64,000 nucleotides of DNA from Alkalispirochaeta sp. (GTDB lineage: Bacteria; Spirochaetota; Spirochaetia; DSM-27196; Alkalispirochaetaceae). Under the pieces are notes generated by a model. The model saw nothing but the letters and a program-made list of their open reading frames with translations. It made no database searches and was not told where the DNA came from. Below are positions 49,589-64,000 of this stretch, in pieces. Made by a program: the position numbers and the translations under genes. Where the stretch lies: assembly GCA_965601925.1 (NCBI GenBank), contig OZ271854.1:2496001-2560000 (forward strand), given 5' to 3'. Numbering within the stretch: position 1 is the first letter of the stretch; the number at the start of each line of letters is the position of its first letter.

Positions 49589-51412
49589 ATGTGTGGAATT
49601 ATCGGTTATTGCGGCCCTCGGCTCGCCGCTCCAATTTTGCTCGAAGGGCTCAAGCGACTCGAGTATCGCGGGTACGACTCCGCGGGCATTACCGTCGAGG
49701 ATGACGGCGCCTTTCAACTCATCAAGCGTGCCGGAAAAATCAACGACCTTCGCGGCCACGTCCCCTCCGATCTACCGGGTAACGTAGGAATCGGGCACAC
49801 GCGCTGGGCCACTCACGGCGGCGTAAATGATACCAACGCCCATCCCCATCTCGACTCATCGATGCGCGTGGCTATCGTTCATAACGGCATTATCGAGAAT
49901 TATCACGTTCTGAAAGAGCGTCTCGAGTCGGAAGGTCATGAGTTCGCAAGCGATACGGACTCCGAAGTCATCGCCCATCTGGTCTCCGATTTTTACAAAG
50001 ACGATCTGGAAGTCGCCGTTAAGGAGGCGTTGAGTCTCCTCAAGGGTACCTACGGCATCGTCGCCATGCACCTTGACGAGCCCCATCGGCTCGTGGGTGC
50101 GCGCAACGGCTCGCCGCTCGTCCTCGGTATCGGTGACGGCGAGATGTTTCTCGCGAGCGACGTGACGGCGATCATCACGCATACCAAACACGTCGTGTAT
50201 ATCGAAGACGGCGAGGTGGTGACGGTAACCCGGGACGATTACGCTACAACCGACTTGCGCAACAACCGCATAGAGAAGCAGATCGACCATATCAGCTGGG
50301 AGTTGGAGGAGATCGAAAAGGCCGGATTTCCTCACTTCATGGAAAAAGAGATCTTCGAGCAGGAAGAGTCGATCGCCCGGGCGATGAAAGGGCGCATCGA
50401 TTACGAGTACGCTACCGGCCACCTCGGCGGTCTCAACCTTTCCAATCGCGAGCTGTTGGATATCAGTCGAGTGAAGATTCTCGCGGCGGGGACGAGTTTT
50501 CACGCCGGGTTGGTTGCCGGCTACGTGCTGGAGTATCTCGCTCGGATTCCGGCAAGCGCCGAACTCGCGAGCGAGGTACGCTACCGCAACCCGATCGTCG
50601 AGCGTAACAGCCTCTACTTCGCGATCAGTCAGTCCGGCGAGACGGCCGACACGCTGTATGCGATGCGTGAAGTGCAGCGCAAAGGCGGACGTGTTTTGGG
50701 GATTTGTAACGTGGTCGGTTCCACGATCGCCCGGGAGTCCGACGGCGGAGTGTACATTCACTCCGGCCCGGAGATCGCCGTCGCATCGACGAAAGCCTTC
50801 ACCAGTCAGCTGGCGGCGCTCTATCTCTTTGCGTTGAGCATGGCGCGCATGCGGGATATGTCCTATGAACAAGGGTTGCAGTTCGTGGAGGCTCTCGATG
50901 CCGTGCCGGGGCACGTTCACGAGATTTTGGAACATACCGAGCCGATTCAGGAGTTGGCGCGCAAGTATGCCGGCTCGGAGGACTTTCTCTTTCTCGGACG
51001 CGGCATTAACTATCCGGTGGCTCTCGAAGCCGCCCTCAAGCTCAAAGAGGTGAGCTACATTCACGCCGAGGGTTATAGCGCAGCGGAGATAAAGCACGGT
51101 CCGATCGCCCTGATTAACGAGGAGACGCCGTCGTTCTTCATTATTCCCAACGACGGTTTGCGCGATAAGGTTATAAACAGCATCAAAGAGGTGAAGGCCA
51201 GAGGCGGCCCGGTTATCGCTTTAGCAGTGGAGGGGGATCACGAGGTGGCGTTGATCGCCGACGACGTACTGTATGTGCCGCGTGCCAATGAGCTAATGTA
51301 TCCCTTTCTTATGGCGGTACCGACGCAGTTGTTCGCGTACTACTGCGCGCTCGAGCGAGGGTGCAACGTCGACCAGCCGCGCAATCTCGCAAAGAGCGTC
51401 ACGGTGGAGTAG
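49589..51412 (+). CDS. glmS: Glutamine--fructose-6-phosphate aminotransferase
   Basis: MCGIIG, LEYRGYDSAG, GHTRWATHG, SQSGETADT, AVASTKAF, DQPRNLAKSVTVE. Confidence 0.98.
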   Translation: MCGIIGYCGPRLAAPILLEGLKRLEYRGYDSAGITVEDDGAFQLIKRAGKINDLRGHVPSDLPGNVGIGHTRWATHGGVNDTNAHPHLDSSMRVAIVHNGIIENYHVLKERLESEGHEFASDTDSEVIAHLVSDFYKDDLEVAVKEALSLLKGTYGIVAMHLDEPHRLVGARNGSPLVLGIGDGEMFLASDVTAIITHTKHVVYIEDGEVVTVTRDDYATTDLRNNRIEKQIDHISWELEEIEKAGFPHFMEKEIFEQEESIARAMKGRIDYEYATGHLGGLNLSNRELLDISRVKILAAGTSFHAGLVAGYVLEYLARIPASAELASEVRYRNPIVERNSLYFAISQSGETADTLYAMREVQRKGGRVLGICNVVGSTIARESDGGVYIHSGPEIAVASTKAFTSQLAALYLFALSMARMRDMSYEQGLQFVEALDAVPGHVHEILEHTEPIQELARKYAGSEDFLFLGRGINYPVALEAALKLKEVSYIHAEGYSAAEIKHGPIALINEETPSFFIIPNDGLRDKVINSIKEVKARGGPVIALAVEGDHEVALIADDVLYVPRANELMYPFLMAVPTQLFAYYCALERGCNVDQPRNLAKSVTVE

Positions 51413-51457
51413 CGTATCGAGCGTCTCCGAACGGGGAGTGCGACGGGGTGGTCGCTT

Positions 51458-51958
51458 GTGGCCGCGGTTGCGCTCCTCGCCTTTGTGGCGCCGATCGGCG
51501 CACAGGAGATCGATTCGTACGCCTTTCTTCTCGCGCAGCCTCGGTTTCGTATCGGGTTACCGCAACTGCCGGCCAACACGATTCGGCATTTTGCGGCGCA
51601 GTACGACCTGTCCGGGCGCATTATCGATGTCTCCGTCGCTCCCGATTTCCCGTCCGACGGCGACGCCGCGGTAACGACGTCGGACTCGTGGCGTGTCGTC
51701 CCGTGCGACATTCCCCTCGAGCGATCCACGGCGGGAGAACGGTCCTCGGTCGCACGCGCCTACGCTGGGGACTACGACGTGTATATGACGGCTCTCGAGG
51801 ATGAGACTATGTTATGCCGCTTTGCCGTCCAGTTCACCACGACATTCGACTTCTTTCTCGAGGCCCTCGGTCTGAGAGACGACACGTTGAGCGGTCCCGG
51901 CGCGGCTATCGGCGGTGTCGTACCGCAGTTTCCCGGTGTGTTGGACCTCGACGGTTAG
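51458..51958 (+). CDS. Hypothetical exported protein
   Basis: GTG-started ORF with signal-peptide-like AVALLAFVAPIGAQE filling the glmS-VWA gap; start uncertain. Confidence 0.55.
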   Translation: MAAVALLAFVAPIGAQEIDSYAFLLAQPRFRIGLPQLPANTIRHFAAQYDLSGRIIDVSVAPDFPSDGDAAVTTSDSWRVVPCDIPLERSTAGERSSVARAYAGDYDVYMTALEDETMLCRFAVQFTTTFDFFLEALGLRDDTLSGPGAAIGGVVPQFPGVLDLDG

Positions 51959-52014
51959 GCTCGCACTCAACTCGATCGGCGTTCGTGCCGATTTCTCACA
52001 ATGAGGTAATCGGT

Positions 52015-53184
52015 ATGAAACTCCCACGTGTCGGGGACTGGGTCCTCATAGGTATTCTCCTCGCGGCCGAAGTTGTCGCGGCCCAGGGGCTCGACGGGCA
52101 GACCCCAGCAGCCGAAGACGGAAGCGGGAACGCGGGAGCGGTAGATCTGTCCATTACTTCCGAGGATCTGCGGATCGAACAGAGCATCGAGGGGGGGTAT
52201 TACCTCCGGATACGGAAGAAGGACGGTATCAACTCGGTACTTCTTACCGAGTCGACCGAGGCTCCGGAGCGTAATGTCAGTACGTTCGCGTACCGTTCGC
52301 CCACCTTTCATCCCACGATCGGCAATGAGCGCCGGATACTGGACGGAGAGTTTTTGCCCCTCGACGGGCGCTATTTTTTGGTGGATAGCACGCCTGAGCC
52401 CGACGAGGAGTTCGGTTTAGCTTTTCGTATTTTCATCCCCTATATCTTGGAGTACGGGTATCCGTGGACGCGAAACGGCGAGGTGATGGTTCTCGACGGT
52501 ACCTACCTCAGCATACGCACCTTCGAGTTTCAGTACGCCGACTATCGCGGCGCCTTTGCGGACAATCCGTTCATACTCAGGGTGGAGCAACGACCCTTCG
52601 AGGGGCCGCCTGAAGGTAACTTCATGCCCGACACCGTCGAAAGCTTTCTCGATATCTCGGCCGAGAACGACGGCGAGGCGCTCTACTCACAAGGGCCCGA
52701 GGATACGCTCAATCAGATCGCGGCGTTGCTGCCCGACGGCGAAGAATCGCTCGATCTGGTGCTTGCGCTCGATACCACCCAAAGCATGCGCGACGACATG
52801 CCGGTCCTCCGCGACGAGCTTGTCGCACTCTTGGAGTCCGAGAGCGCCGGATACGAGTCGTTCAGAATCGGCTTCATGCTCTACCGTGACTATCTGGAGG
52901 ACTACCTGGTACGGAAGTACGATTTCGTCGCCGATTTCCTGAGTGTACAGGATCGTCTCAACCGTATCCGCGTCGGCGGAGGACGGGACATACCCGAGGC
53001 GGTATACGAGGCGTTGTGGGCGAGCGTCGAAGGGTTCGAGTGGTCGGCGACGCAGCGTATGATCATTCTGGTCGGCGACGCCCCACCGCATCCGCGTCCG
53101 AGGGGAACCATTACGCGTGAACAGGTCTTCGACCGCGCCGGGGAGCTCGATGTGCAGATCAATACGATCATCCTGCCGCAGTAG
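52015..53184 (+). CDS. Exported von Willebrand factor A domain protein
   Basis: GAGGT RBS, signal peptide; DLVLALDTTQSM MIDAS, GGRDIPEAVYEAL, ILVGDAPPH. Confidence 0.85.
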   Translation: MKLPRVGDWVLIGILLAAEVVAAQGLDGQTPAAEDGSGNAGAVDLSITSEDLRIEQSIEGGYYLRIRKKDGINSVLLTESTEAPERNVSTFAYRSPTFHPTIGNERRILDGEFLPLDGRYFLVDSTPEPDEEFGLAFRIFIPYILEYGYPWTRNGEVMVLDGTYLSIRTFEFQYADYRGAFADNPFILRVEQRPFEGPPEGNFMPDTVESFLDISAENDGEALYSQGPEDTLNQIAALLPDGEESLDLVLALDTTQSMRDDMPVLRDELVALLESESAGYESFRIGFMLYRDYLEDYLVRKYDFVADFLSVQDRLNRIRVGGGRDIPEAVYEALWASVEGFEWSATQRMIILVGDAPPHPRPRGTITREQVFDRAGELDVQINTIILPQ

Positions 53185-53210
53185 ATCTCCGTGCGCACCG
53201 TTCAAACCCA

Positions 53211-54986
53211 TCAGATCGGGCGTGTCGCCTCATCGAGCCACGCGCGATCACGCGCTTCAAGGCCTTCGGAGAGCGCATCGCGGACGCGCGCGTGATAGTC
53301 ATTGAGCCACGCTCGTTCTACGTCGTCCAGCGCGTCCGCCTTGATGAGGCGCCGATCGATCGGGCATAGCGTCAACGTTTCGAACGCGAGAAAGCGACCG
53401 AACTCGCTCTCTCCCGCGTCGGTTACGGCAAGAAGATTTTCGATCCGAATGCCGTATTTGCCGACACGATACAGCCCCGGTTCGTTCGAGACGATCATGC
53501 CGACTTCCAACGGCCACGGCGGGGCCTGAGGGGCGATTTTCTGCGGGCCCTCGTGGACGTTGAGAACGTATCCCACTCCGTGGCCGGTGCCGTGACCGTA
53601 GTTGCGCCTGTGGGCCCAGAGATGCTGGCGCGCGATCGTGTCGACGGCGGCGCCGGTGGTGAGGCGAGGAAATATGAGACGCGCCAAGGCGATGTGCCCT
53701 TTGAGTACCAGCGAGAAGTCGTCGATCACCGCCTGATCGGGTGCGCCGACCGCAACGGTCCTCGTGATGTCGGTGGTTCCATCCCGGTATTGCGCGCCCG
53801 AATCGATCAGGTATACACCGTTTGTGTCGAAAGGAGCCGGTGACGCGGGATCTAACGCGTAGTGAATGATCGCCCCGTTGGCATCGAATCCCGAAATATA
53901 GTTGAAGCTGTCGCTCACGTACGAGGCGTCTTCACAGCGAAATCGTCGCAGCCGTTCGGCAGCCGTAAGCTCGTCAAGTTTGTCGCCGGCGGCAACGGCG
54001 TCGTCGATCCACGCAAGAAATCGCACCATGGCGCGGCCGTCTCGCACCATTGCCTGTCTTAGATTGGCAAGTTCGATCGTATTCTTTTGTGCCTTCATCG
54101 CCGTCGTCGGCTGCATCTTTTCGACGCGCTCGACGCCGTTCATGGCCGCCGTCGTAGCCCAACTGACCCGCTCGGGATCGATCAGGACGGGGCCCGCTAC
54201 CGCGCCGATATCCGACTCGAACGCGTTGTACGGTCGCACCGCGCAGTCGATCTTCTTCAGCGCCTCCGACGCCTCGCTCGTCAAACGCGCGGCGTCGGTA
54301 TAGAGCGTGAGATCGGCGTCGGTAACGATCGCGTAGGCGAGAAAGACCGGGTTAAAGGCGACATCGCTCCCGCGTAGGTTGAACAGCCACGCTATGTCGT
54401 CCAGCGTCGTTATGACGTGGCTCCGCGCGCCGACCCTCTGCATCGTTCCGCGGAGACGGTGAAGCTTTTTCGCCGCAGATTCGCCGGAGAGCGAGTCTTC
54501 GAGTACCCATACGGGCTCCGAAGGAAGTTCGGGACGATCGCGCCATAGCTGCTCCATCGGTTCGGAGACGGCCGTGAGTTCGATGCCGGCCCGGGAGAAC
54601 AGCGCATCCATGGTGCGTTGGTGGGACAGCGTCACGAGACGCGCGTCAACGCCCACCCGCTGCCCGGCCCGTAGCGATGAGGCGAGCCATTCCGGGAAAT
54701 CGGCGCTCCCTTCGGTATGGAGACGGTGAAGCACGAACTCGCTGCCGGCTAAAGCGCTCTCGGCCTCCAAAAAGTAGCGCGAATCGGTCCATAGACCGGC
54801 GTGATCGTGGGTGACGACGACTGTGCCTGCGGAACCACGAAATCCGCTTACGAAGGCGCGGGAGGAGAATCGTGCGGGCGTGTACTCACTTTGATGCGGA
54901 TCGGTGGTTGGAATAATGAGGGCGTCGACGGTCTGTTTGGTCATCCATACGCGAAGATCGGACACGATCGATGAGGGCTGATTCAT
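53211..54986 (-). CDS. Xaa-Pro aminopeptidase (aminopeptidase P, M24B, three-domain type)
   Basis: DPHQSEY, SGFRGSAG, DSGAQYRDGTTDITRT, HGTGHGVG..LNVHEGP, SNEPGLY, GIRIEN. Confidence 0.95.
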   Translation of the reverse strand: MNQPSSIVSDLRVWMTKQTVDALIIPTTDPHQSEYTPARFSSRAFVSGFRGSAGTVVVTHDHAGLWTDSRYFLEAESALAGSEFVLHRLHTEGSADFPEWLASSLRAGQRVGVDARLVTLSHQRTMDALFSRAGIELTAVSEPMEQLWRDRPELPSEPVWVLEDSLSGESAAKKLHRLRGTMQRVGARSHVITTLDDIAWLFNLRGSDVAFNPVFLAYAIVTDADLTLYTDAARLTSEASEALKKIDCAVRPYNAFESDIGAVAGPVLIDPERVSWATTAAMNGVERVEKMQPTTAMKAQKNTIELANLRQAMVRDGRAMVRFLAWIDDAVAAGDKLDELTAAERLRRFRCEDASYVSDSFNYISGFDANGAIIHYALDPASPAPFDTNGVYLIDSGAQYRDGTTDITRTVAVGAPDQAVIDDFSLVLKGHIALARLIFPRLTTGAAVDTIARQHLWAHRRNYGHGTGHGVGYVLNVHEGPQKIAPQAPPWPLEVGMIVSNEPGLYRVGKYGIRIENLLAVTDAGESEFGRFLAFETLTLCPIDRRLIKADALDDVERAWLNDYHARVRDALSEGLEARDRAWLDEATRPI

Positions 54987-55041
54987 GGCGCCATTCTATC
55001 ACACCGGCGTAAACTTTTTTTTACTTTTTCCCGTAAAAGAG

Positions 55042-55182
55042 TTGACTGGGGAGGAGGTGATTTGATAGGGTGCGTCTCACGCCGCAGGGATGCGGTGGTC
55101 GGAGAGAGGCGCGAGGGCACGCAAGAAGCGTGTAAGAAACGCTTGTGAGTAGTTGACACTACTTGGGGGAGTTTGGTAGGAT
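55042..55182 (+). promoter_or_regulatory. Tandem rRNA promoters P1 and P2
   Basis: P1 TTGACT 55042-47 / TG-A-TAGGGT 55066-71 with upstream T-rich UP-like tract; P2 TTGACA 55153-58 / TG-G-TAGGAT 55177-82. Confidence 0.7.
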
Positions 55183-55264
55183 ACGCGCCTGTCACAACAA
55201 TGGTGCAAGAGATATGAGACGCGTGCGGGAGCATGAGGGATCGTATGCGCTTTTGAAGTGACGA

Positions 55265-55275
55265 GCTCTTTTACA
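55265..55275 (+). promoter_or_regulatory. boxA-like antitermination element (leader)
   Basis: GCTCTTTTACA versus consensus TGCTCTTTAACA. Confidence 0.65.
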
Positions 55276-55356
55276 TGGCAAGGGAAGGGAAGGACGCGTA
55301 CAGGAGAAGCGGGTCTCATAAATGAGACACAGAGCGTCCCTTCGGGGACGTAGTAT

Positions 55357-56898
<1,542 letters not shown>

Positions 56899-57064
56899 CT
56901 ACGAGAAAGGTCACATCGGCTCAACCGGTCGTTCTGCGATCGTGCCGATGCATGTGATATCACGGTTTCGTGATATCAGAGGGGCCGTCGGCCCCGGGAG
57001 TACGACCTCGGTCGTCCTCCCACCCCGCTTCTCCTGCGTCCTTCCTTTTTTACCCATGACAGAT

Positions 57065-57138
57065 GGGGGTATAGCTCAGTTGGCTAGAGCACTAGATTTG
57101 CATTCTAGGGGTCAAGGGTTCGAGTCCCTTTACCTCCA
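57065..57138 (+). tRNA. tRNA-Ala (TGC), CCA not encoded
   Basis: GGGGGTA/TACCTCC acceptor stem with G3:U70, anticodon TGC 57099-57101, GGTTCGAGTCC T-arm. Confidence 0.97.
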
Positions 57139-57238
57139 TATATTCATCCGTTGTGTTATTATGTGACTTCGACGGATGAACCGGCACATGTTCGATGTGT
57201 TGTAATTGGGTGACGGCGTTAACACGTACGTGCTCAGT

Positions 57239-57250
57239 TGTTCTTTAACA
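57239..57250 (+). promoter_or_regulatory. boxA-like element (spacer)
   Basis: TGTTCTTTAACA. Confidence 0.7.
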
Positions 57251-57381
57251 GTGAATAGGGAAGGGAAGAAGGAAAGCGAACGCGGAGTGTGCATGCGGAA
57301 GCATGCATATGAGATACGCAGGAGTGCGTATCCGGTACACATGCGAGTGTGTATGAGATAAGCGTCGTGAGAGACTCATAT

Positions 57382-60314
<2,933 letters not shown>

Positions 60315-60432
60315 ATATGAGGCCTCTCAGGACGCTTATCATACGCCGCATTCCTTCCTTCTTCCCGTTCGTATCCCGGCACCGACGCCGCGATGATACG
60401 AACTACCTATCAATTATCGTGTCTATTACACG

Positions 60433-60539
<107 letters not shown>

Positions 60540-60542
<3 letters not shown>

Positions 60543-60890
60543 CGTTTTTTTTGGTCTCGTGGTCCCGCAGGGACCGGGAGACCATAAAAGGATATCAGAC
60601 GGCGACCGTGCCAGCTGTGTACCGCAGGGACACCGTCTCGAGGAACGTACGCATTAGGGGGTGAGCAATAGCGAACCCCTCGTCGCCCCAAGCATTCGGC
60701 TACCGAATGCGGAGCCTGAGCGATGAGCGAAGGAGACGTTTTTTTATGCCCAGACGACAGGATGGGCATAAAAAACGTATGGGAACCCCGTTCGCGTACC
60801 GCAGCGCACAGTACGAGGAACGCGAACTTCTGCCCCATGCACTCGGCATGCCCAGTGCGGAGTCCGGGCCGGAGGCGCGGAAGACGGTTT
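60540..60890. repeat. Two degenerate tandem copies of a hairpin-rich element (includes probable rrn terminators)
   Basis: Ordered recurrence of AGACGTTTTTTT, GTACCGCAG, CGAGGAACG, GCCCCA and GCAYTCGGC..TGCGGAG. Confidence 0.7.
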
Positions 60891-60906
60891 CACAATCTGT
60901 AACAAC

Positions 60907-61815
60907 ATGGAAAAAAGACTAGTTTTTTCGGGCCCGGAACGACACATTCAACTGGTGAGGGCGTTCGTAGTCATGATCGCTCTCAATACATCGCCGTTGT
61001 ACGCTCAGAGCATAATGGAATCCGTGCGCGCCGTTGAAGGTCGCCTGGACGCACGAGTCGGTGTATTTGTTCTAAATACCGGGACAGGCGAGACGTTCGC
61101 CCATCGAGCGGATGATCGTTTTCCGATGAATAGCACGTTCAAAACGCTGGCTTGTGCAGCGTTGCTGGCGAAGGTCGATGGTGGCGAGATCTCTTTGTCG
61201 GACGTCGTGATCTTCACCTGGGACGATATCGTCCCGTATTCCCCGGTGACAACGTACAGAGTCGGTGTGCCGGGCATGACGGTGGGCGAAATTTGCCAAA
61301 CGACTCTCGCCGTGAGCGACAATACGGCGGGCAATCTCGTGTTGGAGGCAATCGGTGGCCCCGCCGGGTTGACGGCGTTCCTTCGATCTGTAGGCGACGA
61401 TGTGACACGCTTGGATCGTTGGGAGACAGCGCTTAATGAGTCCACACCCGGCGACGAGCGCGACACGACAACGCCAAGAGCAATGGCGCACACTATGCAG
61501 GCGCTTGTACTCGGTGACGTGTTATCGCCGGATTCGCGTCGGCGGTTGGAGGATTGGATCGTCGGCCACGAGCTGGGAGATGCTCTCATCCGCTCGTCGG
61601 TTCCGGCTTCCTGGAGAGTTGGTGACCGAACCGGAGCGGGTGGGTACGGCTCGCGATCCATTGCAGCTATCATGTGGCCCACCGACCGCGATCCTATTGT
61701 AATGACCGTGTATATCACCGAGACGGAAGCGTCATTCAATGAACGTAACGCCGCCATTGCGGAAATCGGCCGCGCTGTCGTCAGCTCAATGGTCGAAATC
61801 GATGAATATTACTGA
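60907..61815 (+). CDS. bla: Class A serine beta-lactamase, RTG type
   Basis: RFPMNSTFK (SxxK), SDN, RLDRWETALN (Glu166/Asn170), DERDTTTP, GDRTG; N-terminal signal peptide. Confidence 0.93.
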   Translation: MEKRLVFSGPERHIQLVRAFVVMIALNTSPLYAQSIMESVRAVEGRLDARVGVFVLNTGTGETFAHRADDRFPMNSTFKTLACAALLAKVDGGEISLSDVVIFTWDDIVPYSPVTTYRVGVPGMTVGEICQTTLAVSDNTAGNLVLEAIGGPAGLTAFLRSVGDDVTRLDRWETALNESTPGDERDTTTPRAMAHTMQALVLGDVLSPDSRRRLEDWIVGHELGDALIRSSVPASWRVGDRTGAGGYGSRSIAAIMWPTDRDPIVMTVYITETEASFNERNAAIAEIGRAVVSSMVEIDEYY

Positions 61816-61926
61816 GTCTGTCATGATGCATTGCGGCCTACCCGAGAGTTCCTTAAGAGGGCGGCTCGGCGTCGATCTCCGCTCTTTGTATGCCCCATGC
61901 GTTATCGCTTGTACGGGTTAGCAGGG

Positions 61927-62550
61927 CTACTCGTCGCCAAGTAACTCCTCCAACCCCATCGCTCGGAACAACCCGGGAACTACCATATTGGAGAACCAAT
62001 ACGCCATGGCTACCGCAGAATCGCGCTCGTCCCGGCATATCCACCATCCGGCGGTTGATACCGCCGCGCCGGCTAAGTACTGAGCAACGAGATCGGGATC
62101 AACCGAGTCGGGTGCAAGGTCGCGCAAACTGGCGTGTTGCGTTTTTGAGATTTGGGCGACGTCACGGCGGAGGAGAAACTCAACGGGCGCCCCCCGGGGA
62201 TCGGCGAAGACTAATCGGTACGTTTTCTCATGCTTCTCGACATGGGCAAAGAGGGGGTAACTCAATGGTCTCCCTTCCGTCAGCAACGTAGCGGGCTCAA
62301 GGGCGCTCTCGCCGCCGATGACGCCGGGAAACTCTTTTCGATAGTCCTCGCGTAACGCTTCGTAGAGCGGCTCCCACGCCTCTCGATAGTGAAGGTAGAA
62401 GGTCGATCTCCCGACGTTTGCGTGGTCACTTACATTTTGCACGAGGAGTGCGTCCCATCCTCCCTTTAAAAGCACCGCGATCGCCGCGTCCCGAAGGGAT
62501 CGTTTCGTTCGTTCAATCCTTCTATCCCGACTCACACCGTTGTTGGACAT
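61927..62550 (-). CDS. TetR/AcrR family regulator
   Basis: DRRIERTKRSLRDA, VSDHANVGRSTFYLHY; divergent from the hydrolase. Confidence 0.88.
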   Translation of the reverse strand: MSNNGVSRDRRIERTKRSLRDAAIAVLLKGGWDALLVQNVSDHANVGRSTFYLHYREAWEPLYEALREDYRKEFPGVIGGESALEPATLLTEGRPLSYPLFAHVEKHEKTYRLVFADPRGAPVEFLLRRDVAQISKTQHASLRDLAPDSVDPDLVAQYLAGAAVSTAGWWICRDERDSAVAMAYWFSNMVVPGLFRAMGLEELLGDE

Positions 62551-62622
62551 CTGTTTAGAATCATACACCCTTCTGAGACTCGATAATACACCGTGACTAT
62601 TGTGTTGCCAGGAGGAAAGCAG

Positions 62623-63594
62623 ATGAAAAGCTGGCAACGTATCCCCACGCACGGGGAAAAACAACACTACATCGACCGCATCGAGTGGCACTGGTATCAG
62701 CGGTTCTTACCCGAGTCGTGGCGGCTCTCAGGGACGTCCATGCCGCGGGAGGAGTGGGCCGAGGTGGAGGGCTGTGAGGTTCACATCGACCGTCTACCGC
62801 ACCCCGACCCATCTTGTACGGTTATGCTGCTGCACGGCGGAGGCGGCAACGGACGGGTGCTCATGCCCCTCGGACGTATGGCGCATCGCGCCGGCGCGGA
62901 GGTTATCGCTCCGGACCTTCCGGGCTACGGTCTGAGCGTACGAACGAGAGGCTATGTCCCCACCTACGACCATTGGGCCGATATCGCCGCCGCGATTGCC
63001 GACGAAGAGCATCGCCGGACGGGACGACCCGTCGTAGTGTGGGGTTTAAGCCTTGGAGGACTCTTGGCCTACGGCACCGTCGCCCGTAGCGAGGCCGTAC
63101 ACGGCGTCATAGCGACGACACTGTTGGATACTCGGAAGGCTAAGAATCTGGCAATTACCGCGCGGTCCATGCTCATGGGCTACCTCTCTGCGGCCTTCTT
63201 GCCGATCCTTCCGCGTCTCTTGCAACGCTTTCGGATTCCGATCCGCTGGGTATCCAAGATGGAGCACATTACCAACACGCCGGAACTCAGCGCGGTCTTT
63301 TCTCGCGATCCCCTTGCGGGCGGCGCTTCGGTGCCGTTGGGGTTTCTACGAAGTCTCATGCGCTTCGATCTTCGTATCGAGCCCGAAGAGTTCACGCGGT
63401 GTCCCGTTCTCGTAGTCCATCCCGCCATCGATCCATGGACGCCCGCCTCGCATTCGAGGCCCTTCTTCGACGCCCTCGCATGCGAAAAGGAGTGGATCGA
63501 CCTCGCGAGGTGTGGGCACCTGCCGTTCGAAGAACCGGGCGCGAGCGCTATGGAGGAGGGAATCGGCCGCTTCCTCGGACGCATCGCGCGGTGA
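62623..63594 (+). CDS. Alpha/beta hydrolase (lysophospholipase-like)
   Basis: AGGAGG RBS; LHGGGGNG, PDLPGYG, GLSLGG nucleophile elbow, DPWTP, CGHLP. Confidence 0.88.
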   Translation: MKSWQRIPTHGEKQHYIDRIEWHWYQRFLPESWRLSGTSMPREEWAEVEGCEVHIDRLPHPDPSCTVMLLHGGGGNGRVLMPLGRMAHRAGAEVIAPDLPGYGLSVRTRGYVPTYDHWADIAAAIADEEHRRTGRPVVVWGLSLGGLLAYGTVARSEAVHGVIATTLLDTRKAKNLAITARSMLMGYLSAAFLPILPRLLQRFRIPIRWVSKMEHITNTPELSAVFSRDPLAGGASVPLGFLRSLMRFDLRIEPEEFTRCPVLVVHPAIDPWTPASHSRPFFDALACEKEWIDLARCGHLPFEEPGASAMEEGIGRFLGRIAR

Positions 63595-63724
63595 GATCGC
63601 GAGGGAAAGAATCCACTAGTGACGGGGCGTCCCTCTCCGGACGCCTCGTCGCTCGACAGCGTGTCGCGCGGCGGGACGCCGTGACGGAGCACTGGTCCGC
63701 GCGTCCCCTATCTTCTCTCGATTG

Positions 63725-64000
63725 TTACCCCCTCCCTTCGTTCAGTATAGTTTCGAGCGCGGCTGGTGTGCGCAAGGCGTCGACAAACGGCGGTCGGGCG
63801 GAATGATCTCCGCTTGTCTCGGTATGGGTGACCGCCTCTCTCATTCTGCGCGGCTGACGTTGAATCGTGGTCGCGGACATGGTTGCGGGTTTTGGTTCCC
63901 GTCGCCCGACCGCGGCGTACCGAGTCATATGGTCGGCAATCGGCCCCGCCCGTGCCGTTCGGACCTCGGAGACGATATAGGTTGCGGTGATCGCTCTGCG
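63725..64000 (-). CDS. Possible C-terminal fragment of a gene entering from the right edge
   Basis: Minus-strand frame is open from 64000 to the stop at 63725; no recognisable motif. Confidence 0.25.
   Translation of the reverse strand, partial: RRAITATYIVSEVRTARAGPIADHMTRYAAVGRREPKPATMSATTIQRQPRRMREAVTHTETSGDHSARPPFVDALRTPAALETILNEGRG

Noticed and set aside
49560..49590. glmS ribozyme
   Set aside because: Only 6 nt separate glmS from the upstream gene
60890..61930. Integron cassette context for the beta-lactamase
   Set aside because: No RYYYAAC...GTTRRRY attC pair recognisable after the stop codon and no integrase in the window
63619..63655. 14-bp hairpin GTGACGGGGCGTCC/GGACGCCTCGTCGC after the hydrolase
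   Set aside because: No U-tract; most simply a 3' stabilising or terminating hairpin, nothing further supportable

Overview
High-GC chromosomal segment of a free-living spirochaete (16S rRNA carries Spirochaetia-type signatures such as GCAGCTAAGAATCTTCCGCAATGG; a FlcA-like flagellar collar gene and Cys-less 'FAGG-x-QE' solute-binding signal peptide agree). It is mostly core genome: pyrH, lolA-rodZ-rimO, pcrA, rplM-rpsI, recX, eno, proS, oppABCDF, flcA, manC, ssb, a trpE-GD-CF-B-A operon, trxA, glmS, aminopeptidase P and a full rRNA operon (16S-tRNA-Ala-23S-5S), plus an orphan adenine methyltransferase, two beta-barrel-like proteins and a class A beta-lactamase. No transposase, prophage or CRISPR array was seen. 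The most notable unannotated signals are: (1) a Trp-Trp-Trp leader peptide driving a five-segment trp attenuator; (2) about 11 genes whose start codon lies only 6-9 nt downstream of a -10 box, implying widespread leaderless mRNAs; (3) near-complete lysine exclusion from exported proteins (mature OppA has none); (4) a kinase-less response regulator pair translationally coupled to an acylphosphatase; (5) a divergent ProRS coupled to a UPF0158-GNAT fusion; (6) an RTG-type beta-lactamase behind a degenerate structured tandem repeat whose words recur at a second intergenic site. All calls are by eye from the sequence and ORF track; no database searches were run.
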